Assembly (NCBI GenBank): GCA_963664225.1 | Contig: OY760937.1 | Coordinates: 672,001 to 736,000 of the forward strand | Origin: Verrucomicrobiia bacterium | GTDB lineage: Bacteria > Verrucomicrobiota > Verrucomicrobiia > Limisphaerales > UBA1319 | Direction of reading: 5' to 3' | DNA: 64,000 nt | Notes under the pieces: generated by a model | Databases searched by the model: none | Told to the model about the DNA's origin: nothing | Seen by the model: the letters and a program-made list of their open reading frames with translations, nothing else | Part shown: positions 29,220 to 39,518 of the stretch, piece after piece | Numbering within the stretch: position 1 is the first letter of the stretch | Layout of the letters: every line of letters begins with the position of its first letter | Program-made: the position numbers and the translations under genes

Positions 29220-31610
29220 TTAAAACTCGCGGGTGTAGCCCACACTGAATTGGAACTTGCCCGTGTCGCCTGTGAATTTTCCGCTGTTGAGCGGAATGCC
29301 GTAGTCCAGGCGCAAGGGGCCGATGGGCAGGTTCAGGCGCAAGCCCACGCCGACATCGTGCAGGTATTCGCTCATCCGGTAATTATAGGCGCCAGTATAA
29401 ACGTTACCAATGTCGTAGAAAGCAGCCACGCGCACGCGATCGATGACCGGAATGCTGTATTCGGCGCTTCCATACCAATAAGTGCCGCCACCAAAGGGCT
29501 CGCCGTCGCTGGCGATGAAGGTGTCGTCGGCTCCGACGTAATGGTATTTATAGCCGCGCAAGGTGTTGGCGCCGCCCAGGAACCACCGGTCGAACAGTGG
29601 AACTTTTTTGGTATCCCCGTAGGAATCCACGACGCCGGTGCGCCCGGTCAATTCAATGATGTGGCCTTCACTCAAACCCTTGAAATACCAGGAGGAACGC
29701 AGCTCCAGTTTGTAGAAATCGCGTTCGCCACCAAAGGGTCCGCCCGCCACTTCGGTGAGTAATTCAGTGCGCTGGCCGTGGTTTGGCTGAATGGCGCTGT
29801 TGCGGGTATCGTAGGCGATGGAGGTGCCGACTTTGGAGACGAGGTAACTGCCTTGTTCCTGTTTGATGAGTTCGGGGGCGGTGTCGGCGACATTGATGAT
29901 GCCAATGTTTTCCACGGTGTAGCTGACGCCTCCAATGAGGAAGTCGCTTCCCAAGGCGCGGGTCAAACCGAGGCGCGCGCCGGTCTGGCGTTCGTCGTAT
30001 AAATCGCTCAAGTAATTGAGTTCGCGGTGGTACAAATCCACGCTCAAGGCGAGTTTTCGACCCAAAAACCAGGGCTCGATGAAACTCATGATATAGTCCT
30101 GCCGCTGGGTGCCCAATTGCACGCGGATTCGGAATTTCTGGCCGCCGCCGGTGAAGTAGGGAGGCTTGAACAGGTCAAAATTTCCCTGATTGACTTCAGC
30201 AAAACCGACGACTTCGTCGATGGTGCTGAAACCGGCGCCCACGAGGAAGTTGCCGGTGTTTTTTTCCTCGACCCCAACGACCAGGTTTTTGCGGTTGGGA
30301 ACGTCGGTTGGCTCGGGTTGCGCCTCGACTTTTTCGAAGTAGGTGAGTTGTTCGAGGCGGGTTTTGCTCAGGTTGACTTTGACCATGTCAAAGACTTCGC
30401 CGGGGGCGACCGCCAACTCGCGACGAATGACCTTGTCCTTGGTCTTGGTGTTGCCTCGAATTTCGACCTTTTCGATGAAGGACTTGTCTTTTTCCTCAAT
30501 CTGATAGGTCAAATCCATCGTGCTGGTTTCGGGGTTGGGCATGCGAACGGCTTCGATGCGTGAGTCGATGTAGCCCCGGGCCCCATAAAAATTCTTGATC
30601 GCTTCGATGTCTTTATTCAAGCCCACCGGGGTGAATGTCTGGCCCACAGTGAGGCGCAAGCCGGTCGGATTCTCGGTCTTTTTGCGTTTGCCCGGGTCGA
30701 TGCGGCTCTTGTTATCGGCGATCCATTTTTTGATTTCCGCGGCGGAAAAGAGCTGGTTGCCTTTGAAATCGACCGCGCCGACTTTGTATTGGCGACCTTC
30801 GTTGATGAAAAATTGGATGACCTCCCATTTGGGATTTACCTGGTTGAATTTGACATCTTTAAGCTCGAAATCGATATAACCTTCGTTGCGGTAGAATTCG
30901 GAGAGCTTTTCCTTGTCGTCTTCAAATTGCTCGTCCTTGAGGACGCCGCTTCCGGTCAGCCAGGAGAACATCCAGCGCTTGCGGGTTTTGATGGTTTTGC
31001 GGAGCTTTTTCTCGGGAAAGGCATTTGAACCCACAAATTCGACGCGCTCGATTTTGATTTTGGGCGCTTCCGTGATCTCGAAGACAACGGTGCCGCGTCC
31101 GGCGCGTTCATCAATGTTCTCGACGTATTTGACCTGGGTTTTTTGATAACCCTTTTTTTGGTAATACTTGAGGATTTCCTGTGAATCGGAGAAGAGTTTG
31201 CGCTCGTCCACCGGTTCGCCCGTTTTGGAGGTGACTTTTTTGAGGAGCTTCTTGCGGGATTGGATTTTGTTACCGTTGAAAACGACCTCGGTCAGGACGG
31301 GCTTGCCCTGCATGACGTAGGTCAGGCTTACGCCGTCCGTGCCACGCTCTTCTGTGACCTGGACATTTCGAAAAAGCCCTGTGGAATAGAGGGTGCGTAT
31401 GTCGTTGTCGATGGTGCTGCGGGTATAAACCTCGCCGGGTTTGGTGCGGATGTTGGCGCGCACCAAATCATCGCTGGCGGCAGCCGGTCCGATGTTTTTG
31501 ATGGCGACATTGACGATGGACGGCCCCTCAGCGGCCTGCATGTGGGGAGCGGGAGCGCCCAGCAATAATAACGCCACAATGATGGCGCAGCGGCGAATCA
31601 GTAATTTCAT
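29220..31610 (-). CDS. bamA: Outer membrane protein assembly factor BamA
   Basis: POTRA repeats (GNTKTKDKVIRRE), LRGY lid motif and C-terminal FQFSVGYTREF. Confidence 0.95.
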   Translation of the reverse strand: MKLLIRRCAIIVALLLLGAPAPHMQAAEGPSIVNVAIKNIGPAAASDDLVRANIRTKPGEVYTRSTIDNDIRTLYSTGLFRNVQVTEERGTDGVSLTYVMQGKPVLTEVVFNGNKIQSRKKLLKKVTSKTGEPVDERKLFSDSQEILKYYQKKGYQKTQVKYVENIDERAGRGTVVFEITEAPKIKIERVEFVGSNAFPEKKLRKTIKTRKRWMFSWLTGSGVLKDEQFEDDKEKLSEFYRNEGYIDFELKDVKFNQVNPKWEVIQFFINEGRQYKVGAVDFKGNQLFSAAEIKKWIADNKSRIDPGKRKKTENPTGLRLTVGQTFTPVGLNKDIEAIKNFYGARGYIDSRIEAVRMPNPETSTMDLTYQIEEKDKSFIEKVEIRGNTKTKDKVIRRELAVAPGEVFDMVKVNLSKTRLEQLTYFEKVEAQPEPTDVPNRKNLVVGVEEKNTGNFLVGAGFSTIDEVVGFAEVNQGNFDLFKPPYFTGGGQKFRIRVQLGTQRQDYIMSFIEPWFLGRKLALSVDLYHRELNYLSDLYDERQTGARLGLTRALGSDFLIGGVSYTVENIGIINVADTAPELIKQEQGSYLVSKVGTSIAYDTRNSAIQPNHGQRTELLTEVAGGPFGGERDFYKLELRSSWYFKGLSEGHIIELTGRTGVVDSYGDTKKVPLFDRWFLGGANTLRGYKYHYVGADDTFIASDGEPFGGGTYWYGSAEYSIPVIDRVRVAAFYDIGNVYTGAYNYRMSEYLHDVGVGLRLNLPIGPLRLDYGIPLNSGKFTGDTGKFQFSVGYTREF

Positions 31611-31616
31611 GACACT

Positions 31617-33077
31617 CTAGTTTTCCACTGGCATAGACTCGCTGACCTTCGACGCGCTTTCAAAGCGCGTATAACCTTTGAAAAAGGTCAGATTCACCTC
31701 GCCGGTCGGGCCATTGCGCTGCTTGGCAATGATCAAATTGACAGGCAACGATTCTTGTTCCTCGCGGGGGCCTTCATCATCGTCGCCACCACTGGGCTTG
31801 TACAATAAGGCCACAAGATCCGCATCCTGTTCAATGGCACCCGACTCGCGCAGATCCGACAGCCGGGGTTTGCGGTTTTTTTCCTTCTCGACCTCGCGGT
31901 TGAGCTGGCTCAAGACGATGACCGGAACGTTTAATTCCTTGGCCAGAGCCTTGATGCCGTTGGAAATATCCGCAATTTCCTGTTGGCGGTTGTCTGCTCG
32001 CTTGGCAGTAGAATGTAGCAACTGCAGGTAGTCAATCACAAAGAGCTTGATCCCATGTTGTTGAACCATGCGCCGGGCCCGCGCGCGGAGCTGCAAAATC
32101 GATAATCCGGGCGTGTCATCGATGTATAGCGGTGCGGTGGACATTTTACCCGCAGCGCCGGTCAGCCGTGGAAAGTCGCGTTCCGCCAGAAATCCCTCCC
32201 GAATGTCGCGCAAATTCACCCGCGCCCGGGAGCAGAGCATGCGCAAAATAAGAGACTCGGCGGTCATTTCCAGGCTGAACACACCGACTGGCAGTTGCTG
32301 CTCCGCCACCACCGTTTCGGCAATATTCATCGCCAGACTGGTTTTGCCCATGCTGGGGCGCGCGGCCAGAACCACCATTTCCCCGCCATGGAGCCCGCTG
32401 GTTAATTTGTCCAGATCAGGGAAACCCGTCGAAATGCCCGTGAGCATGCCCTGGCGCTGGTGGAATTCCTCGATCGTGGTGATCGCCTTGTGCACGAGTT
32501 CCTTGACCGAACGCAGCGTGGTTTCCTCCCGTTCCTCGCTGATCTTCAGGACCTGGCGCTCCACATCGTCCATCAACTGATCCACCTCCCCTTCGAAATC
32601 GTAGATTTGGGTGATCACCCCCGTGCAGGTCTGGATCATCTTTCGCAGCAGCGATTTCTCCTGCACAATATCGAGGTAATACTCGAGATTCGCGGCCGAA
32701 GGCACCGCTTCAGGAAGTCCGGCCAGGTAACTCAATCCGCCGACCCCATCGAGCTGGTTTTTGTCTTTGAGCCGCTGTTGGAGCGTAATCAGGTCGATGG
32801 GTTCCTTGGTATCCCACATTTCGACCATGTTCTCGAAGAGGTTCTGGTGCCGCAGGTCGTAGAAGGCCTTCGCGCCGGTTTTCAATTTTTCGAGGCAGAG
32901 TCCAAGGCTTTGATTGGGCGAAATCAGGATACAACCCAGCACCCCTTGCTCGGCTTCCAAAGAATGCGGCGGCAGACGGTCCACACGCGAGGCATCCGGC
33001 GCTGCGGGCTTCTTGCGGCGGGGCGCGGGGCGTGCTGGCGCGTCTTGTGTGTGCTCTTCGGAAACGGAATCGATCAT
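31617..33077 (-). CDS. dnaB: Replicative DNA helicase
   Basis: PPHSLEAEQ, ARPSMGKT, IDYLQL and DLRESGAIEQDAD motifs. Confidence 0.97.
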   Translation of the reverse strand: MIDSVSEEHTQDAPARPAPRRKKPAAPDASRVDRLPPHSLEAEQGVLGCILISPNQSLGLCLEKLKTGAKAFYDLRHQNLFENMVEMWDTKEPIDLITLQQRLKDKNQLDGVGGLSYLAGLPEAVPSAANLEYYLDIVQEKSLLRKMIQTCTGVITQIYDFEGEVDQLMDDVERQVLKISEEREETTLRSVKELVHKAITTIEEFHQRQGMLTGISTGFPDLDKLTSGLHGGEMVVLAARPSMGKTSLAMNIAETVVAEQQLPVGVFSLEMTAESLILRMLCSRARVNLRDIREGFLAERDFPRLTGAAGKMSTAPLYIDDTPGLSILQLRARARRMVQQHGIKLFVIDYLQLLHSTAKRADNRQQEIADISNGIKALAKELNVPVIVLSQLNREVEKEKNRKPRLSDLRESGAIEQDADLVALLYKPSGGDDDEGPREEQESLPVNLIIAKQRNGPTGEVNLTFFKGYTRFESASKVSESMPVEN

Positions 33078-33260
33078 TGCGATAGCAAACAGGAAAAGGG
33101 CGCGTCTGGCAAATCAGACTTGTACCCCGCCATTCACAGGTTATTCACAATTTGACTCGAATCCACCGGGGCTGGGGACACGAGGTTACGTCCTGAGATG
33201 GATTAACGCCCCATGAGCCGTACAAACGATGTCAGAAGGGTGCCCCTGACCGTCCATCAT

Positions 33261-33285
33261 AAAGAGATGCGGGGTCACCCCGCGT
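33261..33285 (-). terminator. Probable terminator after the GH2 gene
   Basis: Minus strand GCGGGG-tga-CCCCGC followed by ATCTCTTT. Confidence 0.45.
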
Positions 33286-33328
33286 TCCAGGTTCAATCAA
33301 ACATTCCAACAAAGGAGATGCTTAAGAG

Positions 33329-35830
33329 TCATTGTTGTTGGCTCCGCAAATTCGATTCCTGCAGTGCTGCGCTGGAGCGCAGAGTGGCCTGGGTCTGACG
33401 CATGCCGTCGCTGGTCGCCGTCACACGAATGGCGCCGCCCTTGCCTTGGCTGGCGCGCACGATGAGCATGGCCTTGCCGTAGAAGAGTGTGACGTGGTCG
33501 GTGACGAATTCCGCAGGGTAATGATGATCGCCATTGCCCACACCGGCAATCTTCGCCGGGCCTTCGAGTGAGAATTTCACGTCGTTCATGGCCAGGGGAC
33601 AGAGGTTGCCGTCCTTGTCCAAGGCCTCGACAAGCACATAGCTCAGGTCGTCACCGTCTGATTTGATCGATTTGCGGTCAGGACTGAGACGCAGCATTGC
33701 CGGTTCGCCCGCTGTCCGCATGACTGCAGCGCCGAGCTTGCGACCGTTCTGGTAGGCCACGGCTTTGAGTTCGCCGGGGGCGTAGGGGACATCCATCCAG
33801 CGCAGCGCGTAGCGATCACGCACGACTTCCGCGTTAGGGTTTTTGGTCCGCATGCCCAGGGATTTGCCATTGAGAAAGAGTTCAGCCGAGTCGCCACCCG
33901 TATAGACATAGACCGGCACGTTTTTGCCCACGCGGTCGGGCCAGTTCCAGTGCGGCAGGATATGGATGGACTTCTTTTCCGGCGCCCAGTGGCTCTGGTA
34001 GAGGTAGTAGCGGTCCTTGGGAATGCCTACGAGGTCCACAATGCCGAAGGAACTGATGCGGGATTCCTCGTCTTTGGCGAGGTTGCGCGCGGTAAATTTG
34101 CCCCAGCCTTCCGCGATGAAGGGAACGGGTTCGCCGATGTAGTCGAAACCGGTCCATACGAACTCACCGGCCACGAAACGATCCTTTTCCATCAGCGCGA
34201 ACTCCACATCCGCCGGGTCTGAGTAAAAGGCCGCGTTGTGGTCATAGGAACTGATGCGGGCAGTCGTGGGGTAAGCGTCTTTTTTGGCGGGCATGGAGAA
34301 ATCGTCGTAATAGCCGCGCGTGCTGTAGGCGGAGGCGGATTCACTATAGACAAGGGGGAGGTTGGGCCAGCGTTCGCGTGAAATGGAGTAGCGGCGGGCG
34401 TAATTCCAGCCGGCGACATCCAGCGCGGCGGGGAGCTGGGACTTGGCGGACTCGGGCACGCACTGGGCCAGGCCGACGGGGCGCGTGGTGTCGAGCGCTT
34501 TGACGAAACCGACCATGGTCTTGAGCAGGCCAGGGGCATCGGGATACTTCAGGCCTTCCAGCTCCCAGATTTCATTGCCGACACTCCAGACCACGACACA
34601 GGGATGATTGCGGTCGCGGCGGACGAAATTGGAGTATTGCTTTTTACCGTGCTCGGGAATGGAGACGCCCTTGGGCAGGGTGGCCGTGCCATCCCATTTG
34701 TCGAAGGCTTCATCCCAGACGACGATTCCCATGCGATCGCACAGGTCGAGCAGTTCGGGCGCGGGCGGATTATGGCTGGTGCGGACGGCGTTCACACCCA
34801 TGTCCTGCATGATCTGCAATTCGCGTTCCATGGCGCGGGTGTTGAAGGCCATACCCAGAGGGCCAAGGTCCGAATGCAGGCAGACGCCCTGGAGTTGGAC
34901 GCGTCGGCCATTGAGATGAAAACCGTCGTTGGCGGTGAACTCAAAAGTGCGGATGCCGAATGGCGTTTCCATCGAGTCCACGAGCTTCCCCGCCGCAAAT
35001 ATGCGCGTGACAGTGGTGTAAAGCTGCGGCGTTTTTGTGTTCCAAAGCCGGGGCTTGCCAATGGTGAATGCGACCTGATCCGATTGGGATCCATTGGCTG
35101 GCACTGCGAAACTCGTCTTCAAGCTGGCGACCTCCTTGCCCTTCGGATCGATCAGTGTGGTTTCCACTTCGGGTTGAACGGCGGATGCGGTGTGGTTTTC
35201 CACGGTGGTTTCCACCCGTATCGTGGCGGAGTCGGCGCTGACCTGGGGCGTCGTCACGAATGTTCCCCAATGCGCGATATGGACCGGCTCGTTGACGACC
35301 AACTGGACCTTGCGATAGATTCCCGCGCCGGGATACCAGCGGGAATTGTGCTGGCGCGTGTCCACATGAACGGCGACGAGGTTTGTCTGACCGGGCTTCA
35401 CGAAATCCGTGGCATCCACACGAAACGACACGTAGCCGTAGTCCCAGCCGCCGACCTTCTTGCCATTGATGTAAACCGTTGGCATGGCCATTACGCCATC
35501 AAAATCCAGATACACACGTTTGCCGGAATCGGATGCGGGCAGGGTGAACGATTTGCGATACCAGCCCTCGCCGCGCCAAGGGAGCTTGCCGGTGTGTGCG
35601 TCGCCCTGCGGTTGGTAAGGGCCGACGATGGCCCAGTCATGGGGCAGGCGCACTGGTTGCCAGTCCGTGTCGTTAAAACTTACCGCCTCTGCGCCGACCT
35701 GGGCGCCTTTAATGAATTTCCAGTCACGATTGAAATTCTCAACCCGGCGCGGGGCCGCATCCGCTGCGCATGCAAAGGTGATGGTGATGGCAAACAGGAA
35801 GGCCACCAAACTTGAAACTCGGTTGTTCAT
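33329..35830 (-). CDS. Glycoside hydrolase family 2 (beta-galactosidase-like)
   Basis: LPHDW, SRWYPGAGIYR, RTSHNPP, WSVGNE and WTGFDYIGEP motifs. Confidence 0.93.
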   Translation of the reverse strand: MNNRVSSLVAFLFAITITFACAADAAPRRVENFNRDWKFIKGAQVGAEAVSFNDTDWQPVRLPHDWAIVGPYQPQGDAHTGKLPWRGEGWYRKSFTLPASDSGKRVYLDFDGVMAMPTVYINGKKVGGWDYGYVSFRVDATDFVKPGQTNLVAVHVDTRQHNSRWYPGAGIYRKVQLVVNEPVHIAHWGTFVTTPQVSADSATIRVETTVENHTASAVQPEVETTLIDPKGKEVASLKTSFAVPANGSQSDQVAFTIGKPRLWNTKTPQLYTTVTRIFAAGKLVDSMETPFGIRTFEFTANDGFHLNGRRVQLQGVCLHSDLGPLGMAFNTRAMERELQIMQDMGVNAVRTSHNPPAPELLDLCDRMGIVVWDEAFDKWDGTATLPKGVSIPEHGKKQYSNFVRRDRNHPCVVVWSVGNEIWELEGLKYPDAPGLLKTMVGFVKALDTTRPVGLAQCVPESAKSQLPAALDVAGWNYARRYSISRERWPNLPLVYSESASAYSTRGYYDDFSMPAKKDAYPTTARISSYDHNAAFYSDPADVEFALMEKDRFVAGEFVWTGFDYIGEPVPFIAEGWGKFTARNLAKDEESRISSFGIVDLVGIPKDRYYLYQSHWAPEKKSIHILPHWNWPDRVGKNVPVYVYTGGDSAELFLNGKSLGMRTKNPNAEVVRDRYALRWMDVPYAPGELKAVAYQNGRKLGAAVMRTAGEPAMLRLSPDRKSIKSDGDDLSYVLVEALDKDGNLCPLAMNDVKFSLEGPAKIAGVGNGDHHYPAEFVTDHVTLFYGKAMLIVRASQGKGGAIRVTATSDGMRQTQATLRSSAALQESNLRSQQQ

Positions 35831-36038
35831 AGTATTAGGGATGCCAAATATTAGCGTTCAGACCGTGAAAGTCGAACGAATTTGAAACGGGAAGGAAGCG
35901 CAGAAGGGAAAAAGCCACAGAGGAAAAGGAGACGCGGAGAATGAACCGCTGCGCGTGCGAAAAGGGAACTCGATCGATTAAACAGGAAAACGCAGATTAA
36001 AATTTGAAGAAATCGGGATGTGGATTTACAGAAGGGAT

Positions 36039-37169
36039 ATGATTATTGGCGTCCCCAAGGAAATAAAAGATCAGGAATATCGGGTGGGTTTGCTGCCCTC
36101 CGCCGCCTACCAACTTCTCAAGCGCGGACACTCTGTCGTCGTCGAGCGGAACGCGGGGGCCGGATCGGGATACCCGGATGGCGATTATGAGAGGGCTGGA
36201 GCGCGACTTGTCGATTTTCACACCGATGTGTTTGCGCAGGCGGATTTGATTGTGAAGGTCAAGGAACCGCAACCGTCCGAAATTCCATTATTGCGACGCG
36301 GCCAGCTTCTCTTTACCTACCTGCATCTTGCGGCGGACAAGACGCTCACCAAGGCGCTCCTGCAAACCGGTGTGACCGCCATTGCTTATGAAACCATCGA
36401 GGTCAATCACCGGCTGCCCCTATTGGAACCGATGAGCGAAATCGCCGGGCGCATGTCGGTGCTGGTTGGGGGCTATTTTCTTGCCAAACACCAGGGCGGC
36501 ACAGGCGTGCTGCTCGGAGGCGTTCCCGGAGTTCTTCCCGGCAAAGTGGTGGTGCTGGGCGGTGGGTCATCCGGCATTAACGCGGCGCGCATGGCCACGG
36601 GCATTGGCGCGGATGTGACCATACTCGAGGTGGACGTCGAGCGGATGCGATTTCTGGACATCACGCTGCACGCGGCCCACACGCTTTATTCCAACGAAGT
36701 GCATCTCATGGAATTGCTGCCGTCGGTGGATTTACTCATTGGCGCGGTGCTTTTGCCGGGCGCACGGGCGCCGCGGCTGATCCGGCGCGAAATGCTGCGA
36801 CGGATGCGTCCCGGCAGTGTGTTGGTGGACATAGCGATCGATCAGGGCGGCTGCGCGGAGACCTCGCGGCCCACCACGCATCACGATCCGGTGTATGTCG
36901 AGGAAGGGGTGACTCATTATTGCGTGGCCAACATGCCCGCCGCTTATGCACGCACGGCCACTCAGGCGTTGACGACCGCCACGTATCATTATGTTGAGAC
37001 TCTGGCCGACTACGGCCTGGCTCAGGCCTGCCAGCGCCAGCCTGCATTCGTTGGCGGCGTCAACGCTTACGATGGCCGGCTGACCTGCAAAGCGGTTGCC
37101 GAAGCGCATGGGTTGGAGTGGTCGCCGCTTGAATTGGCGCAACCGCTGCCAGACGCCGGACCCCTCTGA
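36039..37169 (+). CDS. ald: Alanine dehydrogenase
   Basis: [32 protein letters not shown] and HYCVANMP motifs. Confidence 0.96.
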   Translation: MIIGVPKEIKDQEYRVGLLPSAAYQLLKRGHSVVVERNAGAGSGYPDGDYERAGARLVDFHTDVFAQADLIVKVKEPQPSEIPLLRRGQLLFTYLHLAADKTLTKALLQTGVTAIAYETIEVNHRLPLLEPMSEIAGRMSVLVGGYFLAKHQGGTGVLLGGVPGVLPGKVVVLGGGSSGINAARMATGIGADVTILEVDVERMRFLDITLHAAHTLYSNEVHLMELLPSVDLLIGAVLLPGARAPRLIRREMLRRMRPGSVLVDIAIDQGGCAETSRPTTHHDPVYVEEGVTHYCVANMPAAYARTATQALTTATYHYVETLADYGLAQACQRQPAFVGGVNAYDGRLTCKAVAEAHGLEWSPLELAQPLPDAGPL

Positions 37170-37251
37170 TGAGTCATCAGATAAGACGTTTTCGGGAAAG
37201 TGGAAGAACGACTAAAAGTCTGATGAGTCTGGCCGACTCTGTTTTGGCGGG

Positions 37252-38034
37252 TCACTCGTCCAACCGCCCGAGCAAGCGCAGCAGACCGTCAAGAATTGTC
37301 AGTGGGTGCGGCGGGCAGCCGGGAATGAATAAATCGACGGGAACGACGGCGCTGGCGCCATTATTGACTTGGGGGAGGCCGATGAACGGCCCGCCTGCGA
37401 TGGCGCATGCGCCCACGGCGATGACAATCCTGGGTTCCGGAACGGCATCGTAGGTTTTTTTGAGTGCCAGTTCCATGTTTTTGGTCACCGGACCGGTGAT
37501 CAGCAGTCCGTCGGCATGTCGTGGTGATGCAACAAATTGAATGCCGAACCGGCTCAAGTCCCAGCCTATGGTTCCAAGCACGTTGACGTCCGCCTCGCAA
37601 GCATTGCAACCGCCCGCGCTGACCTGACGCAGGCGCAGCGAACGGCCGAACATCTTCCTCAATTTTTCGTCCAGGGCGGTGGCGAGGCGCAGTTCTTCGG
37701 CGCCGGGCTGGCCGAGCAGGAGGTCTTCGCGATGGCGCACGGCCATGCGGTGGTCTTTTGTGTGCGTGATGGCCCTGGTCGGGCAGGTTTCCACGCATGC
37801 AGCGCAGAAGATGCATTTGCCCAGGTCGAGGGCCACCGGGCTGTTTTCCAGACGAGCGATGGCGCCTGTGGGACACACGGGCACGCATTTGGCGCAGTCT
37901 TTTGCGCATTTGGTGGCGTCCACGCGCAGCGCGCCGCCGTGACGGTCCGGCAATGCGGGAGCGGGGCCGTCGGGATACGACATGGTCTGGCAACCGCGAT
38001 GCAGACGATGGAGGATGGCATCAATGGCGAACAT
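37252..38034 (-). CDS. Ehr/hydrogenase-4-type small subunit: 2x[4Fe-4S] ferredoxin fused to a NuoB/HyfI-like domain
   Basis: CAKDCAKCVPVCP and CIFCAACVETCP, followed by GGCNACE, GACA and PGCPP. Confidence 0.9.
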   Translation of the reverse strand: MFAIDAILHRLHRGCQTMSYPDGPAPALPDRHGGALRVDATKCAKDCAKCVPVCPTGAIARLENSPVALDLGKCIFCAACVETCPTRAITHTKDHRMAVRHREDLLLGQPGAEELRLATALDEKLRKMFGRSLRLRQVSAGGCNACEADVNVLGTIGWDLSRFGIQFVASPRHADGLLITGPVTKNMELALKKTYDAVPEPRIVIAVGACAIAGGPFIGLPQVNNGASAVVPVDLFIPGCPPHPLTILDGLLRLLGRLDE

Positions 38035-38036
38035 GG

Positions 38037-39518
38037 TCAGAGGTCAAAGCCGCAGTAAGAGAGGCTGAAGCTCTTGTTGCAGATTGGAAAATCGGAGATG
38101 GCCTGCCCGCGTAATGCGAGCGCCAGCCCAATCCAGTTATGAAAAGAAGGGTCGGTGACTTTGTATCGGCGGAAACGCCCCGCAGCGTCGGTGAGCGCGA
38201 CGTGACAGATTTCGCCGCGCCAACCTTCGACAAGCGCGACGGCCAGCGAGTCTGCGGCGGGTGAAGGCAGGTCGGTGTGAATCTCACCTTCCGGCGGCGA
38301 GGCCAACTGTTCTTCCAGCCAGGCCCCAGAACGCTGAATCTCCAGACAGCGGACTTTTGCGCGGGCAAAGACATCGCCGCCCGGCCAGACAGCCACTGGA
38401 GATTGCGCGAAGCGGTGCCAGCCGGAGGGATGGTCGAAGCGGACATCACGCACCAGACCGGACGCCCGCGCGGCCACTCCCACCAAACCCATATTGTTGG
38501 CTTGTTCGGTTGAAACCACGCCCGTTTCCTCGAAGCGCGAGCGCACCGAACTGGCGTCCCAAAACCATGCAAGAGCCTCGTCCACATCTTTCAACGCGGA
38601 GCGCAGCTTTTCCAGCAATGTAATTGAGCGTGCGGATTCAAGGTCATGCCGACATCCACCAGGACGAACCAGGCCGCGCCCAAACCGGTTGCCACACACC
38701 AGGGCTGTGAGATTCAAAAAGTCACCGCGAATCTTCCCGCATGCGGAGGATGTTGGCAGGAATGCCACATCGCCAGCCAATGCGCCGAGGTCGCCGGTGT
38801 GATTGGCCAGTCGCTCCAGTTCCAGGGCGAGCGCGCGCAGCCATTGAGCGCGCAAAGGGGCTTCGGTGCCAGCGAGGGCTTCAAGCACCATCGCGTATGA
38901 AGTGGCGTGGCCGATGGTTGTGTCGCCCGCGATGGTTTCCATCTGGCTCATTGTCGCCAGATACGGCCCGCCAGCGAGCGCCTCCTCGATGCCGCGATGC
39001 TGGTAGCCCAGCGCGATTTCCAGATGCAGCACCTCCTCGCCGTTGCATTGAAAACGAAAATGCCCCGGCTCGATGATGCCTGCGTGAACTGGGCCAACAG
39101 CAACTTCGTGAATTTCGCTGCCGTCCACTCGAAAGAATTCGGCGTTGGCGGGGGCAATGCCGTTGTTCTGACGCACCGGTTTGAGCCATGGATGGCCTTC
39201 AGGTTTCAAGCCGTGCTGCTCCCAGACTTCGCGCTCAAAAAGATGGGCCTGCGGATGCAATGCAGTGAGCGAGGGATAGCCGCCGCCAAATGGATTGGAG
39301 CGCGCCACTGCAAGGGTATTGTCCGCGTCAAACGCGATGACAGCCACCAGCCGCGTGCCGCCCTGATCGGGCACGCCAAACCACGCGCAGAGCCGCGCAC
39401 CGTGGTTTAATTCCGCTGCCGTGGTCCGAACGAGGTCCGCGACGGGCCACTGAGGCACTTCCTCCCACGGAAGGCTGGTAGCGTTGGCAAGCAGTGCGAA
39501 TGAAGAAGTGGCGCTCAT
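38037..39518 (-). CDS. Ehr/HyfG-like large subunit (NuoC+NuoD-like) lacking the Ni-binding CxxC motifs
   Basis: VGPVHAGIIEPGHFRF, GYQHRGIE and EGWRGE motifs. The L1 site reads ETIAGDT and the L2 site reads KSFSLSYCGFDL. Confidence 0.88.
   Translation of the reverse strand: MSATSSFALLANATSLPWEEVPQWPVADLVRTTAAELNHGARLCAWFGVPDQGGTRLVAVIAFDADNTLAVARSNPFGGGYPSLTALHPQAHLFEREVWEQHGLKPEGHPWLKPVRQNNGIAPANAEFFRVDGSEIHEVAVGPVHAGIIEPGHFRFQCNGEEVLHLEIALGYQHRGIEEALAGGPYLATMSQMETIAGDTTIGHATSYAMVLEALAGTEAPLRAQWLRALALELERLANHTGDLGALAGDVAFLPTSSACGKIRGDFLNLTALVCGNRFGRGLVRPGGCRHDLESARSITLLEKLRSALKDVDEALAWFWDASSVRSRFEETGVVSTEQANNMGLVGVAARASGLVRDVRFDHPSGWHRFAQSPVAVWPGGDVFARAKVRCLEIQRSGAWLEEQLASPPEGEIHTDLPSPAADSLAVALVEGWRGEICHVALTDAAGRFRRYKVTDPSFHNWIGLALALRGQAISDFPICNKSFSLSYCGFDL

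Noticed and set aside
38037..39518. Functional [NiFe] hydrogenase / formate hydrogenlyase
   Set aside because: Both Ni-binding CxxC motifs are missing and there are no hyp or fdh genes in the window.
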